DNA of 64,000 nucleotides from Yuukianura sp. NJ FZ-2021 (lineage: Eukaryota). The DNA lies in assembly GCA_046563655.1 (NCBI GenBank), contig CM102283.1, positions 9,300,001 to 9,364,000 of the forward strand. Reading direction: 5' to 3'. The number at the start of each line of letters is the position of its first letter. Within the stretch, counting starts at the first letter, position 1. The translations under genes and the position numbers were made by a program. Under the pieces are notes generated by a model. The model saw nothing but the letters and a program-made list of their open reading frames with translations, had not been told where the DNA came from and searched no databases. This document shows, one piece after another, positions 13,901 through 26,254 of this stretch.

Positions 13901-15406
13901 ATGCTTTTGAAACGCGGAAGGAAGAAGAGCAAAAAGTCAAAATCCAAAGGCAAAAGGTCAAAATCCAAGGGAAAGTCTAAATCAAAGGGTTCAAAATCAA
14001 AATCCCCAAAAGGGAAGTCAAAGTCAAAATCCAAAGGCAAAAAGTCAAAATCACGAGGCAAACTAAAAGGCAAAAGGTCAAAATCTGCTACTGACGTTCC
14101 TTCAAAAACGAATAGTATTAATTCAGATACTGATGATGACACAGCAAACGCAACGAAATCATCCAGATCTCTTAGCAGGAAGAAATCCAAAAAGAAGAAA
14201 TCAAAATCCAAAAAGAAATCCAAATCCAAGAAAAAATCGAAATCCAAAAAGAAAAAATCCAAGTCACGAAAAAAGAAAAAATCAAAATCTTTGTCAGTAA
14301 GAAGCTCCAAGTCAAAATCAAAATCAAGATCCTTGTCAGCAAAAGCATCAAAAGCAAAATCAAAGACAAAATCTTTGTCAGTATCTTCTTCAACTACGTC
14401 CAAAAAGTCAAAATCAAAGACAAAGACCAAGTCAAAATCAAAAAAGGGAAAATCCAAGTCAAAATCAAAGTCAAAATCTCGTTCCAAATCGCCTGGAGGG
14501 AGTAAAAAGAACAAACGCGGGAGAAGTAAGAGCAAAAAAGGCGGCAAAAAAGGCGACAGCCCGGGCAAAAATGTCGAAATTCCTCCTCCAAATATTTTCG
14601 TTTTTGATGAAATGAAGGCAGCTTTGCTCAACAAATCCATGAAAGTCCCTGCATTAATCAAGGTACAAATAGAATTTCAAAAACCGAAATCAAATTTCTA
14701 AACTTTCAAAATTTCATGTTAAAACACAGCTGATGAAGCAGCATGGACTGGACTTTTTTCCAGAACTGGACGCTTATGCATACCTTAAAGATGTGATGGT
14801 GAAGCGCTTTGATGTTGAAGACCACCTATACGAGTATACCTTAGAAACAATTTTTTTTAAAAAGCGAGGCAATTTTTAAAAGCGATTTTTGAAAAACTGA
14901 CCTTTGACCTTTAGATGTTTGGCGGTAGTTGCTCCCGCGTTTGAATTTAGTTGGAGCCGCTGGAACCTGGACAAATCCCGACGAGATACGATTGTTTTCC
15001 TCATGCGAGAAAAGAACTCTACGGTACAACTAGGTTCAAAATTTTGAAAAACTGTCCCCTGAAAAATTTCGAAATCTCTGAAAATTTTTTAGGAAGAGAA
15101 AAAAACTGTGATGACCAACTGGCGACAAAGTGCTTTTGTCACAGCTACTGAAAAGTCTAGCGATTTTTCATCTGAGCTGGTTCCGAATGTTGAGGTAAAA
15201 TAAAACAAAACCTTGAAAAAAAACTAACTTTTTCAAAAATATACTAAAGTTTTTCAAAATTTTTATAGTACTCAGCCGATTTGATAATTTTGGCCAATCG
15301 AATTGTCACACCACAAGTTCAAGAAGCTCTGCACCAAGCAACTCCTCCGTTTATCGAAACAACTCGGCAACTCATTTCAGCAATTCGCCCATTCTCCTAC
15401 TCCTAA
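7929..15406 (+). CDS. CASC1: CASC1/DNAI7 (CFAP94, IC97-like) axonemal dynein-associated protein with large Lys/Ser-rich inserts; more than 25 exons
   Basis: Conserved blocks: WEDYIACLPTPNVANLVDVNSFMTEW (~9205), LNLRNFAVQGGVYDFRFVQVPPQP (~12820), LWFDHPPTPVRWDPEERIWKPEG..NFPFKCWEMIP (13507-13782), and C-terminus TRQLISAIRPFSYS* (TAA 15404-15406). Start MPKKKSRSRSKSKRPK|gtaag. Some internal exon boundaries are uncertain. Confidence 0.85.
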
Positions 15407-15671
15407 ACTGCTCAAATATCTCAAAAACATTTGAAAATATCTGAAAATATCGAAAAAATATTTTCGAAAACACATTTTTCGAATCCATTTTTTAATAAAT
15501 CAAAATTATCTTGTGTAAAGTTACTTCAATACTAGACAAATTGAACTAATCGAGGGGTGGAGCTAACAGAACAAGTTTTTGAACTAACCGAGGGGTGGAG
15601 CTACCAGAGCGACAAGCTTTTTACGATTTACGACGTAAATTTTACGATGAGAAGCCGAAGCGAAGTTAATT

Positions 15672-15768
15672 GAAATTTAAATCTTACCGGGTTGAAGTAA
15701 ATTCAGGTCGCTTGTATCCACGGTGTTGAAATTCAAATCTTAGCGGGTTGAAGTAAATTCAGGTAGGT
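15672..15768. repeat. 56-bp-period tandem duplication covering the PIH1D1 stop codon
   Basis: gggttgaagtaaattcaggt occurs at 15689 and 15745 with similar flanks. Confidence 0.8.
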
Positions 15769-17229
15769 TGTGTCCATGATCTTTCCAGTTCTGGATCATC
15801 TGTTCAGTCATTGGAGCCAACTTGAGTTTAAGTGTGACCGTGTTTTTAGAGTAATCGAACTCAGGTTTGCACGAAACAATGTTAACTGGAGCCTTCATTT
15901 TGGATTTTCCCACGACACTGATCACTTCCAGTGTATCTCCTGCACAGTTGACAATGACAGAGGAATAGTCACATCTTCGCATGCCAGGCAGTTTGACAAC
16001 GGCAGTAGCCGAGGTGTCTCCGTCTCTGTCCAAGGTCATGTCGAGAGAAGGAAGAGCGGCAGTCGGATCTTCCGGTTTTTTGAAAACTTTTGTAGAAACT
16101 TCACGAACGACTGGTCCACTTGGAGGCTTTTTGGAAAGTGGAGATTCGTTGTCGATTTTAGGACGTTGCTGCTTGGCTGCTGGTGTATCTTTGTTCAGAG
16201 GATTAGTTGGGTTAATCTCTTGAATCAATGGTTTCCGCCCAGGAGCTGGCGGGGGTTGACTACTACCGGCAGTAGTACTGGAAGATACTTCGCGGATATT
16301 TGGTTTGTCACGGACAAACTGCGGCTCTGGCTTCCCATGACATGCTTTGTACTTCATAACGACGTAGTCGTTCTTCTCAAGTTGTACTTTGTGCTTCTCG
16401 TCCAGGGCTTCCATTGAAACGACGCAGAGGAATGTCCAGTACAAGTCTGAAGTCAGAATCTTCTGGTTGTAGAAATCGGTGTTGATGATGATATCGTATG
16501 CTTGACATTCAACACCGGCTGAAATGATATGCAAACCATACAGATTCTGAATTAGCACGTATTAAGTTTAGGTAAAGGTTAGTGTAAAGATTGATCCAGC
16601 AACCTTTGTCTTTGTCAACACGTTTAGCACCAATACTCATTGGAATCCGAATGTCATCCAGAGCATCGTCGTCCTCATTATGCAACAGATTTCGCAGTTG
16701 AGTATCAGAGAAGTAGATAGGCGGTTCCGGAACTTTACTGGAGTGGCAAATATTCACAAACACTTTCTGGTTAGAAATCTTGTCCTTCGTTTTGAAACAC
16801 TTTCCTAGATTTCAAAAAATCAGTGGAGTAACATGGATGGACGAAAGTAGGACGTATATCTGTAAGACTTCAACTTCCACTAAACTACTCTTACCCATCT
16901 CAGGAATAATGAATTTGCATTGCTTAGCATCCCTTGCTTGACTTGGAGTGAAGATATGATCCATGTCACTGTCTTTTTCCAAAGCCTAAAAGTATAAATA
17001 GGAGATTAATAAGTAGCAACGTTAAGGTTATAGCAAAAAGTCCCTCTCCTACCTCAGCATCAATCGACGGTCCTTCGTATCCAACTTTACGCAAGGTCTC
17101 GTCATCGAGCAGCAGTGTTTTTCTGAATAGGTTGTCATCGGCTTCCAAGAATATCTTATTGTCTCCTCCAGCTCCCTTACTACCCCGTTCAGGGAACGAC
17201 GTTGAGGTCGCGTTCTTAGACTTAGACAT
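15740..17229 (-). CDS. PIH1D1: PIH1 domain-containing protein (PIH1D1/Nop17-like R2TP co-chaperone), about 4 coding exons
   Basis: PIH-N motifs KVFVNICHSSKVPEPP, IRIPMSIG and YDIIINTDFY, plus a C-terminal CS-like beta region (VVKLPG..PEFDYSKNTVTLKL). Probable start MSKSKN at 17229. The paralog assignment is inferred. Confidence 0.75.
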
Positions 17230-17907
17230 GGTCCCGTTCCTTTCCTTCCAGCGGTGACTCGTATCAGTAATACCTGAAAAATCGTATGAAATCAAGCATA
17301 GCTCAAATACCCATATGATATCAAACTACGAAAAGACGGAATCAGTACTCTAAATATATTGCATTGTTAGGTCGATAATCCGATTAAGATGAAAAGTGTT
17401 ACCTTCGTTAAACCCTGATGGATGAATGAATGAATTAACGAACAAATGAGCAACGACCACGATGTCCAAACGTTCGCCTTCCGAGAATCCAATGCCAGCA
17501 CCAATTAATTAACTCCAATTAAACGTTTAAAAACGTTTTCGTTTCCGGTTTCCTATTTTTCTCTTCTTTTGTTTTCATCCAAGTTTGAATGAGTTCCCGC
17601 AAAATTGAATTTGCAAAAAAAAAATTAAGGGATTGTACGTTTGGCGCCCCAACGATCTTGGGGCAAATTGTGATGCGATGATGCAAAATTGAAAACGCGG
17701 GAAATTCAAAATTCTTTTGCTTTTGAATTTTTCAATTTGATTTTTTTCGGAAAATCTGCCCGCCTAATTTTTGTCATTGCTTTTTTGTAAACTTTGAAGT
17801 TAAAAACAGACATCAATCGTTTTCTAATTCTAACAGGCTACCAGGAGGTCAAAGATCAAGCAGGCATAAGCGTAAAACAGCATTGTAGAGCTTAATTAAG
17901 TTCAGAT

Positions 17908-19627
17908 ATGCCGGAAACAGACATGGTTTATGGTAAGCCTAAATTGTTCAATTTTGTGCTTTGAATTAGCTGAAGTTGTGAATTTGTGAATGTAATTAAT
18001 GGAATTTTTGTTTTAAAGAAGGGGAAGGAGAGGGAGACACTCAAGCAGAGGACTCAGACGTTCAGCAAGTACTGGACGATTCCAGTGACCCAGAATATGA
18101 AGTCGATAGTAAAGCAAATGTCAAATCCGCTGCAAGACGACTAAGGAAAACGATATCGACTGGATCAGGAGAGCTAAGGCGCGGCGGAAGACGAAAAGAC
18201 GACGTATGGAGTCGATTTACACAACAGATGCTGGGAGAACGAGCAGTGGCAACTTGCAACCGCTGTGGCCAGCATATGTTTCCCAGGGCTTATTCCTGTA
18301 AAATGCATCTTACCAAATGTACTGCTGGAGACAGTGATGCTAGATGCAGGTCTCTCCCGACACCAGCATCAAGAATCAAACAGTCCGTTCCAAGAGTAAG
18401 GACTGCAGAGGCCATATCCTTGACACATGTAGCCACTGGAGAAGTGGGTGACGAATATCAGACGACTCAGATTCAGTATGAAGTGGTCGCTCCAGTGTCG
18501 CCGCCAATTCCAAAATTTCCGACGAACATTCGGCTGGGGATTATCGGTGGCGGAGTTATGGCCAAATCAATAATGTTTCCATTATTCGAGCAAGGTAAAA
18601 AACAATCTTAAACATAACTTGACATACAATTAATCAAAATTCTTAATTATTCTCTGTATCTGTCAGGATTGGTCGATCCTTATAATGTCATCGTCGCTGG
18701 AAATACAGCTGAGACTTTGGGAGCCTGGACAGATAGAGGGTGCACTGCTGTCACGAATAACAACTGTATGAAATTACTTCACAATAGAACACTAAATTTC
18801 AATTACTAATTAATTAGTAATGTTAATTTCAGCCAAAGTTTTTGACGAAGCTCACGTGATCATCTGGGCCCTCAAACCCCAAGTTTTTCCAAAAGCAGTT
18901 GAAATCCTGGTAGACGAGTACGCTGAAAAATGTCGCCAGACAATGGAAATAAATCTGGCTCTCCACATCTCCGTCATGGCTGGAATAACTCTGGAGCAAT
19001 TCACTAACCGGATTTCAACAGTTCACGAAGGACATACCGCCGTCATTCCACGAACTGTCCGCACTATGCCCAACATCGGGCATCGTGTCAGTGTTGGCTC
19101 CACCGGTAAGTCCCCAAAACATACAATTAATCAAGTTAATCAAAGTAATCGTTTTGTTTTAATCAAAGTAATCATTGCGTTTTAAGCAAAGTAATCGTTT
19201 TGTTATAGTTTTTACCATGGGCATCAACACCGACGACGAGGACCGGAAGATCGTCCAGTCCCTATTCGCCTCTACTGGAATTTGTCTGGAAGTTCCAGAG
19301 ATGCAAGTCAATGGATTTGGAGCCTTGACTGGTTCTGGAATTGGCTTTATGTTTCCAATACTAGAAGCTTTGTCAGACGGAGCTGTGAAGGTCGGACTTC
19401 GACGAGAACTGGCACTCAAGATGGCTGCACAAACAATGCGTGGAGCAGCAGAACTTTTTCTAAAAGAAGGCAAACATCCAGGAGCTCTCAAGGATTGTGT
19501 CTGCAGTCCAGGAGGATCCACGATCGCTGGAATCGCTGAACTGGAAAAAGCTGGAGTTCGGATAGCTTTTATAAATGCACTGGAAGCTGCTAACAGGCGA
19601 TCAGAAGAAATTGGGAAACTAGGTTAG
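17908..19627 (+). CDS. Pyrroline-5-carboxylate reductase with an N-terminal acidic/basic extension and BED-type zinc finger; exons 17908-17932, 18019-18594, 18667-18766, 18833-19105, 19209-19627
   Basis: P5CR motifs GIIGGGVMA, WALKPQ, ISVMAGI, RTMPN, ALTGSG, LKDCVCSPGGSTIAG. All introns are GT-AG and phase-compatible. Confidence 0.9.
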
Positions 19628-19798
19628 CTTTTCAGTTGATTACCTCATTCATATTATGTTCATAATTTTTCTGGAATCGATGTAAATGTTTAATTTACTT
19701 TTTAAGCAAGAAACACAAATAACTTTATAAAGTTGAAGTTCACTTCAGGTAATTAGAGTGTAGAAGATTCTTTTTTGTGGGAACTTTTAAATTAGGTG

Positions 19799-22700
19799 TT
19801 ACTCTACTTGCATGGGCACATCGTTATTGTTTCCAATTCCAGTTACATCGTTCTGGACAGAGTCGTAGAGGACTTGGAGGTCGGGTGTGTTCCGAATGTG
19901 TGCCACAAACTCCATCAACGGAATATGTTTATCTGTAAAAACAAATTAATCGATTAATCACACTGATTAATTGAGTAATTGATTCATTTAACGACTTACC
20001 AGCGTCTGGAATTGAGCTGAGTGACATTACAGCACGGAGGGCTGCTCTTTTCAATTCATCTTGTTTCTCGTACTCTTGTTTCACTGAATTAGCTTTGACT
20101 TTGAGTGTAATCGTGCTTTTGAGGGGTTCAATGAGCCGATCCAGGCGATGCACAACTTGAGATGGGCAGAGAGCGGCCAGTCGAGCCACCATCAAGTACG
20201 TCAGCATTTTGATGTCGTAGTGATCACGCAGTCCATTCTCAACGTGAGTAATGAAATCACGAATTCCAAGACGGTCTAGACAAGAATCCAGCAGGGTGTA
20301 CATACACTCGAACGCTGCTTTGCGCAAATCCAGTCCATCGTCAACAGAATGCTTGAACGGCCCCATCTCAACTTCACGAATCAACTCTTTCTGCAAAAAC
20401 ACAGGAAAGCATGAATTCCAAATTCAAAATCACTTTTTTTCAAAGTTTTCAAAATCCTAAGTTTTCTTACCCGAACAATAGTTTCGACGTAGAGCTGTGG
20501 AAGTAACTGTGGAAGTAGATCACGGATGAGTGCTGGTTTGTTGTGTGCCGCCGAGTTGAAGGCTACAAGTGCCACTCTTCGCACGTTGAGATCTGGATCG
20601 GACAGACTTTGGAGGAAGTCTCCAATGGTACTCTTCAAAATTGGGTCGATTGCTTGTGGATGGTCAACAATTGTAAACTTGACTGCTGTTACTACAGTTG
20701 TGCGGAGGAGGTTAGACGGAGACAAAAGAGCATTCTTGAGACGTGGCAGAAACTCGGTTGGATTGGCCAATGTCAATCGGCCCAAACACTCCGCCACAAC
20801 ATTCCGAGTTCCTTCTTCTGGACACTCCGCATGGGCAAAAAGAGTTGCCCAAATATTCTCAGTGTATTCCGAAATATTGACAATCTGTTGAGCTGAAATA
20901 ATCTGCAAAACAAAAAAAAACATTTCAAAAAAGAACTTCGAAAAAGTTTTCAACAAATCTCAAAATTTTAAGAACTGCTAATAAAACCTACCTCTTTCAA
21001 AGCATGTAAAAGAAGATACTGTTTCTTCGGTTGAGCTCTCATTTCTTGTAAAAGTGCTGGCAGAAATGCTTCCAAGTTGCCCACTGCAACTGAACCGAGC
21101 GAATAGGCCGCTGCCGTTTTAACTTCTTCAGAAGGATGAGAGAAAAGTTGCAGAATTGTCGATCTCAGTTCCGCAACTTGTGATAAATCTCTGCAAGTAT
21201 TCAAATCATTATATTTTAAAATTCAAAGTTACGCCGAAACGTTGCCTAAAAAGTTTTGAGTAAAACTTACACATGACGACCAATTTCGCCGATTGACAGC
21301 AAGGCAATGATGATCTGGGCATCGGGTGAGTTTGTCTTGACACAATTGGCGACATAAGTGACAAAAGACGTCGCTACTCCAAGTGCTTCTTGGACATTCC
21401 CTGCTCCGACGCTGATCATGGAAATGCATTTGGCCAAACTGTAGTAACTTTGCTTATGACTTGCACTCAAATCTGCCACGGGAGCGTTTTTCTCTTGTCC
21501 CAAAAACATTTGCAGCAGTTGACTTGGAGAAAACGCCGGGATGTTGGTTTTGACGAGTGCTCGCAGAAATTCCAACAAAGCGTTCAGGGCAGCTCCTACA
21601 ACATTCCAAAACCAAAATTTTAAAAAACTTCAAAAAAAACTAAAAATTTCAAAAATATCCAACAGGTCTTAGCTTACCTTGCATGAGCGAAGATCTCACA
21701 AGAATTTTGATGGAAGGCATGCAGACTGCCGCTGCTCGCTCGAGTGTATGCGGCTGATAGTTGGCCAGCGACGTCATCAGTTGCAGCGCTTGTTGAGCCG
21801 AATGCAAATCACTTTCGCTTAGCAACGGAGAAAGCTCGATGATGACAGTATCCAGTAAGTGGGCATCCAGAACTCCGTATCTGCACCAAAGATTAGATAA
21901 GTAATTAAGTTAAGTTAATTAGATTAGTAATTAAGTTAAAGTTAGTTAGATTAGTAATTAAGTTAATTAGTTAAGTTAGATAACTTTAGTTAGTCATACC
22001 TCTTCACCATGGTATCCAGAAGTGTCAAAGTTGCTAGTTTGAGTGCCCGTTGGTTCTTGCGTAGAAACGAAGCCAGAAGTGGAATTGCTTCTCCAATTAC
22101 CCCAGTCATGTCCAAGTCAACAGCTGTTGAACTGGCAATGAGATTCAAAGCTTTGACGGCCGTTAGTCTTGTGATTTCGTTTTTGAGACGATCCAGGAAA
22201 ATTGGAATACACATTGGCCATACTTCCGGGATGTAGTGGCCCAGTTGAGCCAGTAGAGTGGCCATAGTAGTAATTGCAGTTTCTTTCACTTCTTGGTCAA
22301 TGTCTGTTGCCTTGAGACGCTGGAGCACGGCAGGATAGATCTTGTTGGCAATACTTCCAGCATTCGGATGCTCTCCTCCAGCAACGTCAGCATTTCGCAC
22401 AACTCTTGTCAAAACTTGGAGTGCCAGTAGTGCTTCTGCGGTCACTTTGTAGAAGGTGTCATCTGCACATTGCAGGAGAGACGGAAGAAGAACTTCGACA
22501 TGAGGCTGAACGACTGCTGCTGGATGAGAGCTCATGATGCAGTAGAGGAAGGAAAGCGTGTTTGTCTTGACGTTAGAAGTTGAAACTCGATCACTATAGT
22601 CAAACAGATGATTAATTAAGTTAGTTGATTAATTAGATTAATTGACTAAGTTAAGAATTAATCGACTTACGTCAAGCAAATGATGATGCCATTGACCATG

Positions 22701-24571
22701 TTGGCAAGAAACGGAGCGAGACAGCCGGGCAGAACGCTGACCAATTCGGACAAAAGCTGAAGCGCCACTTGACGACTCTTCACGTTCTTCTCTTTCAGTT
22801 GTCGCTGGACCACTTTGACCTATCACAAATTAATTAGTTAAGTAATTAATAATTAAAATTAATTAAGGTTATGTTAATGTTAAGTTAACTTTTGGATCTT
22901 ACGAGTTGTGGAATTTGGCCTTCAAGGGCCTTGACAGACGCTTCCGTTTCGTAGCAAGTGGGAAGTCCAGTGAGTTTAGCTTCGTTCATTGCAGCGACTG
23001 CTGGTTTAGTCACTTTGAGCAGCGCTCGGTAAGCGCTGAAAACGTCACACCGAACGTTCTCCTCACGTTCTCGGAAGCGCACAATAAGAACAAGCGACAC
23101 GTTTTGGTAAATGTAGAGCAAGTAGTCTGGTCTGGACACAATCACGGCTTCAATACACTTTGCAGCGGCTCGACGGACCTGCAAAGAAAAATCCATTTTA
23201 AAAAAATCCAAGAAAAAAATAAAAAAAAAAACCCAAAAGTAATCTAATAAAAAATCAAAAAGAAATCCAAAATAGTTCAACCTTCCATGACATGTCGTCG
23301 TCATCGGAGTACTCATCTTCCTCTTGTTCCTCTTCGTCATTCTGCAGCTCATCGTCTTCATCTCCAGTAGTTGTGTCCATGCTCTCCTCACTGACAGGAT
23401 TGAATGAACTGTTGTGCTCATCGTCATTATAGTTGGGGTCATGTGTGATCAATTTGACACACAGTTCAAGCACTTTCTCCAAGTACCCCAAACTTCCCAT
23501 TTCTTGAGGACATCGAGACACAAAAACTTCAAAAGCCTGGAGCGTGTTTTCCTTCAACTCGTCATCTTCATTGGTTTGACAAGCCCCAAGCAAAAGTCCA
23601 ACAACTTGATCCAAGTACTCAGCAAAACGTGGTCCAGCACTGCGACAAACAGTGGCACAACACTGGATGTAAGTGTTGGCATGTCCAGCTTCTAGTCCTT
23701 TTCTCATTTCCTCAATCAGAATCCCCACCATCTTGACATAATGGGCAGTACCACAGGATGCTGCCAAGTATCCCAGTGCCACGACAGTCCGTTTCCGAAC
23801 TGCTTGTCGGCAGGAGTTCAGCTGAGGAAGGAGAGCATCCAGAAGTAAAGCGTGATACTGTTGCAGTATCTGGCCGAATCTTAGAAGAAGGTCTCCAAGG
23901 ATATCCAACGCCTCCAGCTGAACAGTGACATCTTCTTGCTAAAAATCAAAATCATCTTAATTAACTACTCATTAATCGATTAATCATTAAGTGCACTAAC
24001 GTACCTTCGCAATAGCTACGGTCAGCTTTCCAATAATCTTCTTGCATATGACGGCAGCCAACTGCTGAGAAGTTAGCGGTAGCTCGGTGATGACAGTCTT
24101 TAGCCCGATTGACGAAATATCTCTGAGCTGTTCTTTGTCTCCAGTCATGTTTGTACAGAGAGTGTCCACGATGGTTTCCACTTGTGGCTCCTTTACTTTG
24201 GCCACCAATGGTCCCAAGCTAAAAAGCACATTAGCAATTAACAATCCAAATTTTAATTAACATCTTATCATATCCTTGACTATAACTTACCATTTCACTG
24301 CCAAATTCTGAACTTCCCCATTCTTATCTTCCAGAAGTTTGAGTAACATCCTGACAACTTTTCTTTCCGAGTCATCGTCCAACTTAATTGAGTCTTTCTG
24401 CAACTCCGACATCAAATCGTTCGTAGCCATAAATCGAAAATCCTTATCGCTGGAGGTCATCTGTGAATTAAAATGACACGACAATGTTAAGAGCTCAATT
24501 CCCAGCTGATAGATTCATGAAATACTCACCTTCTCCAATAAGTTAGCAATATGAAATGAAACTGTAGACAT
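19799..24571 (-). CDS. CAND1: Cullin-associated NEDD8-dissociated protein 1, multi-exon
   Basis: [96 protein letters not shown]. Ends PMQVE*. Confidence 0.97.
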
Positions 24572-26254
24572 TGTGAAGGCTGTTACCAGTTGTATCACGA
24601 TCTACAATAGACAAGTAATCATTAATCGTCCAATTGTTGTTAAGTATGCAGTAACTTACCAATTACTTTTGTATCCAAATGCTAAACAGGGATGATCAGA
24701 GTGAAATGGTAGTTTGTTCTACTCTTTGTATCCAAATTGCTTTTATATTCAAAATCCAAGGTGTGTGGCAATGTCGCCTGTTACGGTGACAGGTGACGGT
24801 TGATAGGTTAATCGTTTGTGTTGCCAATTAGTTTGCAAATTGTTCCTTCGCGAATGTCAATGTAGTTGACCACTTACCAGTGAAATCCAAAATGTCAAAT
24901 CGAAAAATCCAAGAGCCGATTTTCGCATACCAAAACCGCTGATCACCACAGTCCAAAACTTTTTGTGAAGCAAAATATAAAAAATGCAAAATTCAAATTC
25001 GCCGCCCATACAGAGCAGGGCAACACAAGAAAAAAAATTTGAAAGTTTATACTACAACAATGCTAAAAACGGTTTCCTGCATAGAAAAACGTAATTTGTG
25101 ATGGTAATTATTGAAACGTATTTTGACAGCTCCATTGTGCATCAAATTCTAACATGGACGTGGTTCTAACGGAAATTCAAATATTTTATTTTGCCCAGCT
25201 CTGAAATGGGTATTCCGAGTGTTGTAGGGATTGAGTCGTTAGGTGGCGCGAGCAACTTTGGAATTTTTTGTTGCCCACGCTTCGTTGTATAAAATCTGAA
25301 TTTGTAAATTACGAAAGACGCTGTGAATTAATTAATTAATTAATTAAACTACTTAAATGTTTGGAGTTTGGAAAAAATCATAATTTTAATTCAATCGTTC
25401 ACCGTGACCTATAGTGGTAAACGTATGGAAGTTACTAAAAGTAAACATCGTGTCACAGGTCACACGTTCCAATTTCAAAACCAAAATTTTGGATTTTTAA
25501 CTATCATTCATTTTCAATTAGAGTAAAAGTACCGCCTTTTCGTTGTATTGAGAGTCGTTGCAGTGCTGACCTGTCTTTCCTTATGGGGTTACTTTATTAT
25601 ATGTAATGTACACTATGTACCAAAATGTAGACAGACTAATGTTAGTGTGACCTATTTGAACTCAATTTTGTTTGCAACCATTTTGGTAAGATTGCATAAT
25701 GTCTTGATTTTGTCATGGCTTGACCCTACTCTGCCTCCCCAAACAGTAATCAGTACCCCCTTCCTTACCCCGTGCTTCGAATTTACAAGTTTCAATTAGC
25801 CAAGTCCACTTTATCCAACTACAGTTACGCAAAAACTCAATTCTTGAACTTATAACAACTTTTTGCATCAATTTCCATTTACTAAGATGCGTTTCCTATA
25901 ATATATCAATCTTCAACACTTATTTTCTCACCAACAAACTTCAACTGTTCTGTCGGATGTTGCAGTTTGGCTTGTCAATGGGCAGCACATGCAACCATTT
26001 CTGCAAATTTACTCTGACCTCTCTTCCTAATTCAGTCACTTCCGTATGGTCTCTGCAGTTCAACATCTTCATCATTACCACAAGTGGACCACTTTTCACT
26101 TTTTTGTAACAAACCTTAAGTGAATTTGAACAAGAAAAGTTTTTTTTTTCGGAAAGATGTTGAATAAATTTCAGAAACAGTGAATTTTGAAGAAAAAAAA
26201 ATTTCGTTGGAAAATTTAGCGTAACTCCATGTCGGAGTTTATATTTTTTGTGCA

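Noticed and set aside
10167-14661. Long Phe/Asp/Leu-rich minus-strand ORFs
   Set aside because: They are antisense shadows of the Lys/Ser codons in CASC1 exons.
13862-14701. Stand-alone histone H1/protamine gene
   Set aside because: No globular domain is evident, and the tract is flanked in frame by CASC1 sequence and splice sites.
15770-16417. 215-aa plus-strand ORF
   Set aside because: Antisense to the PIH1D1 exon, with no recognisable motif.
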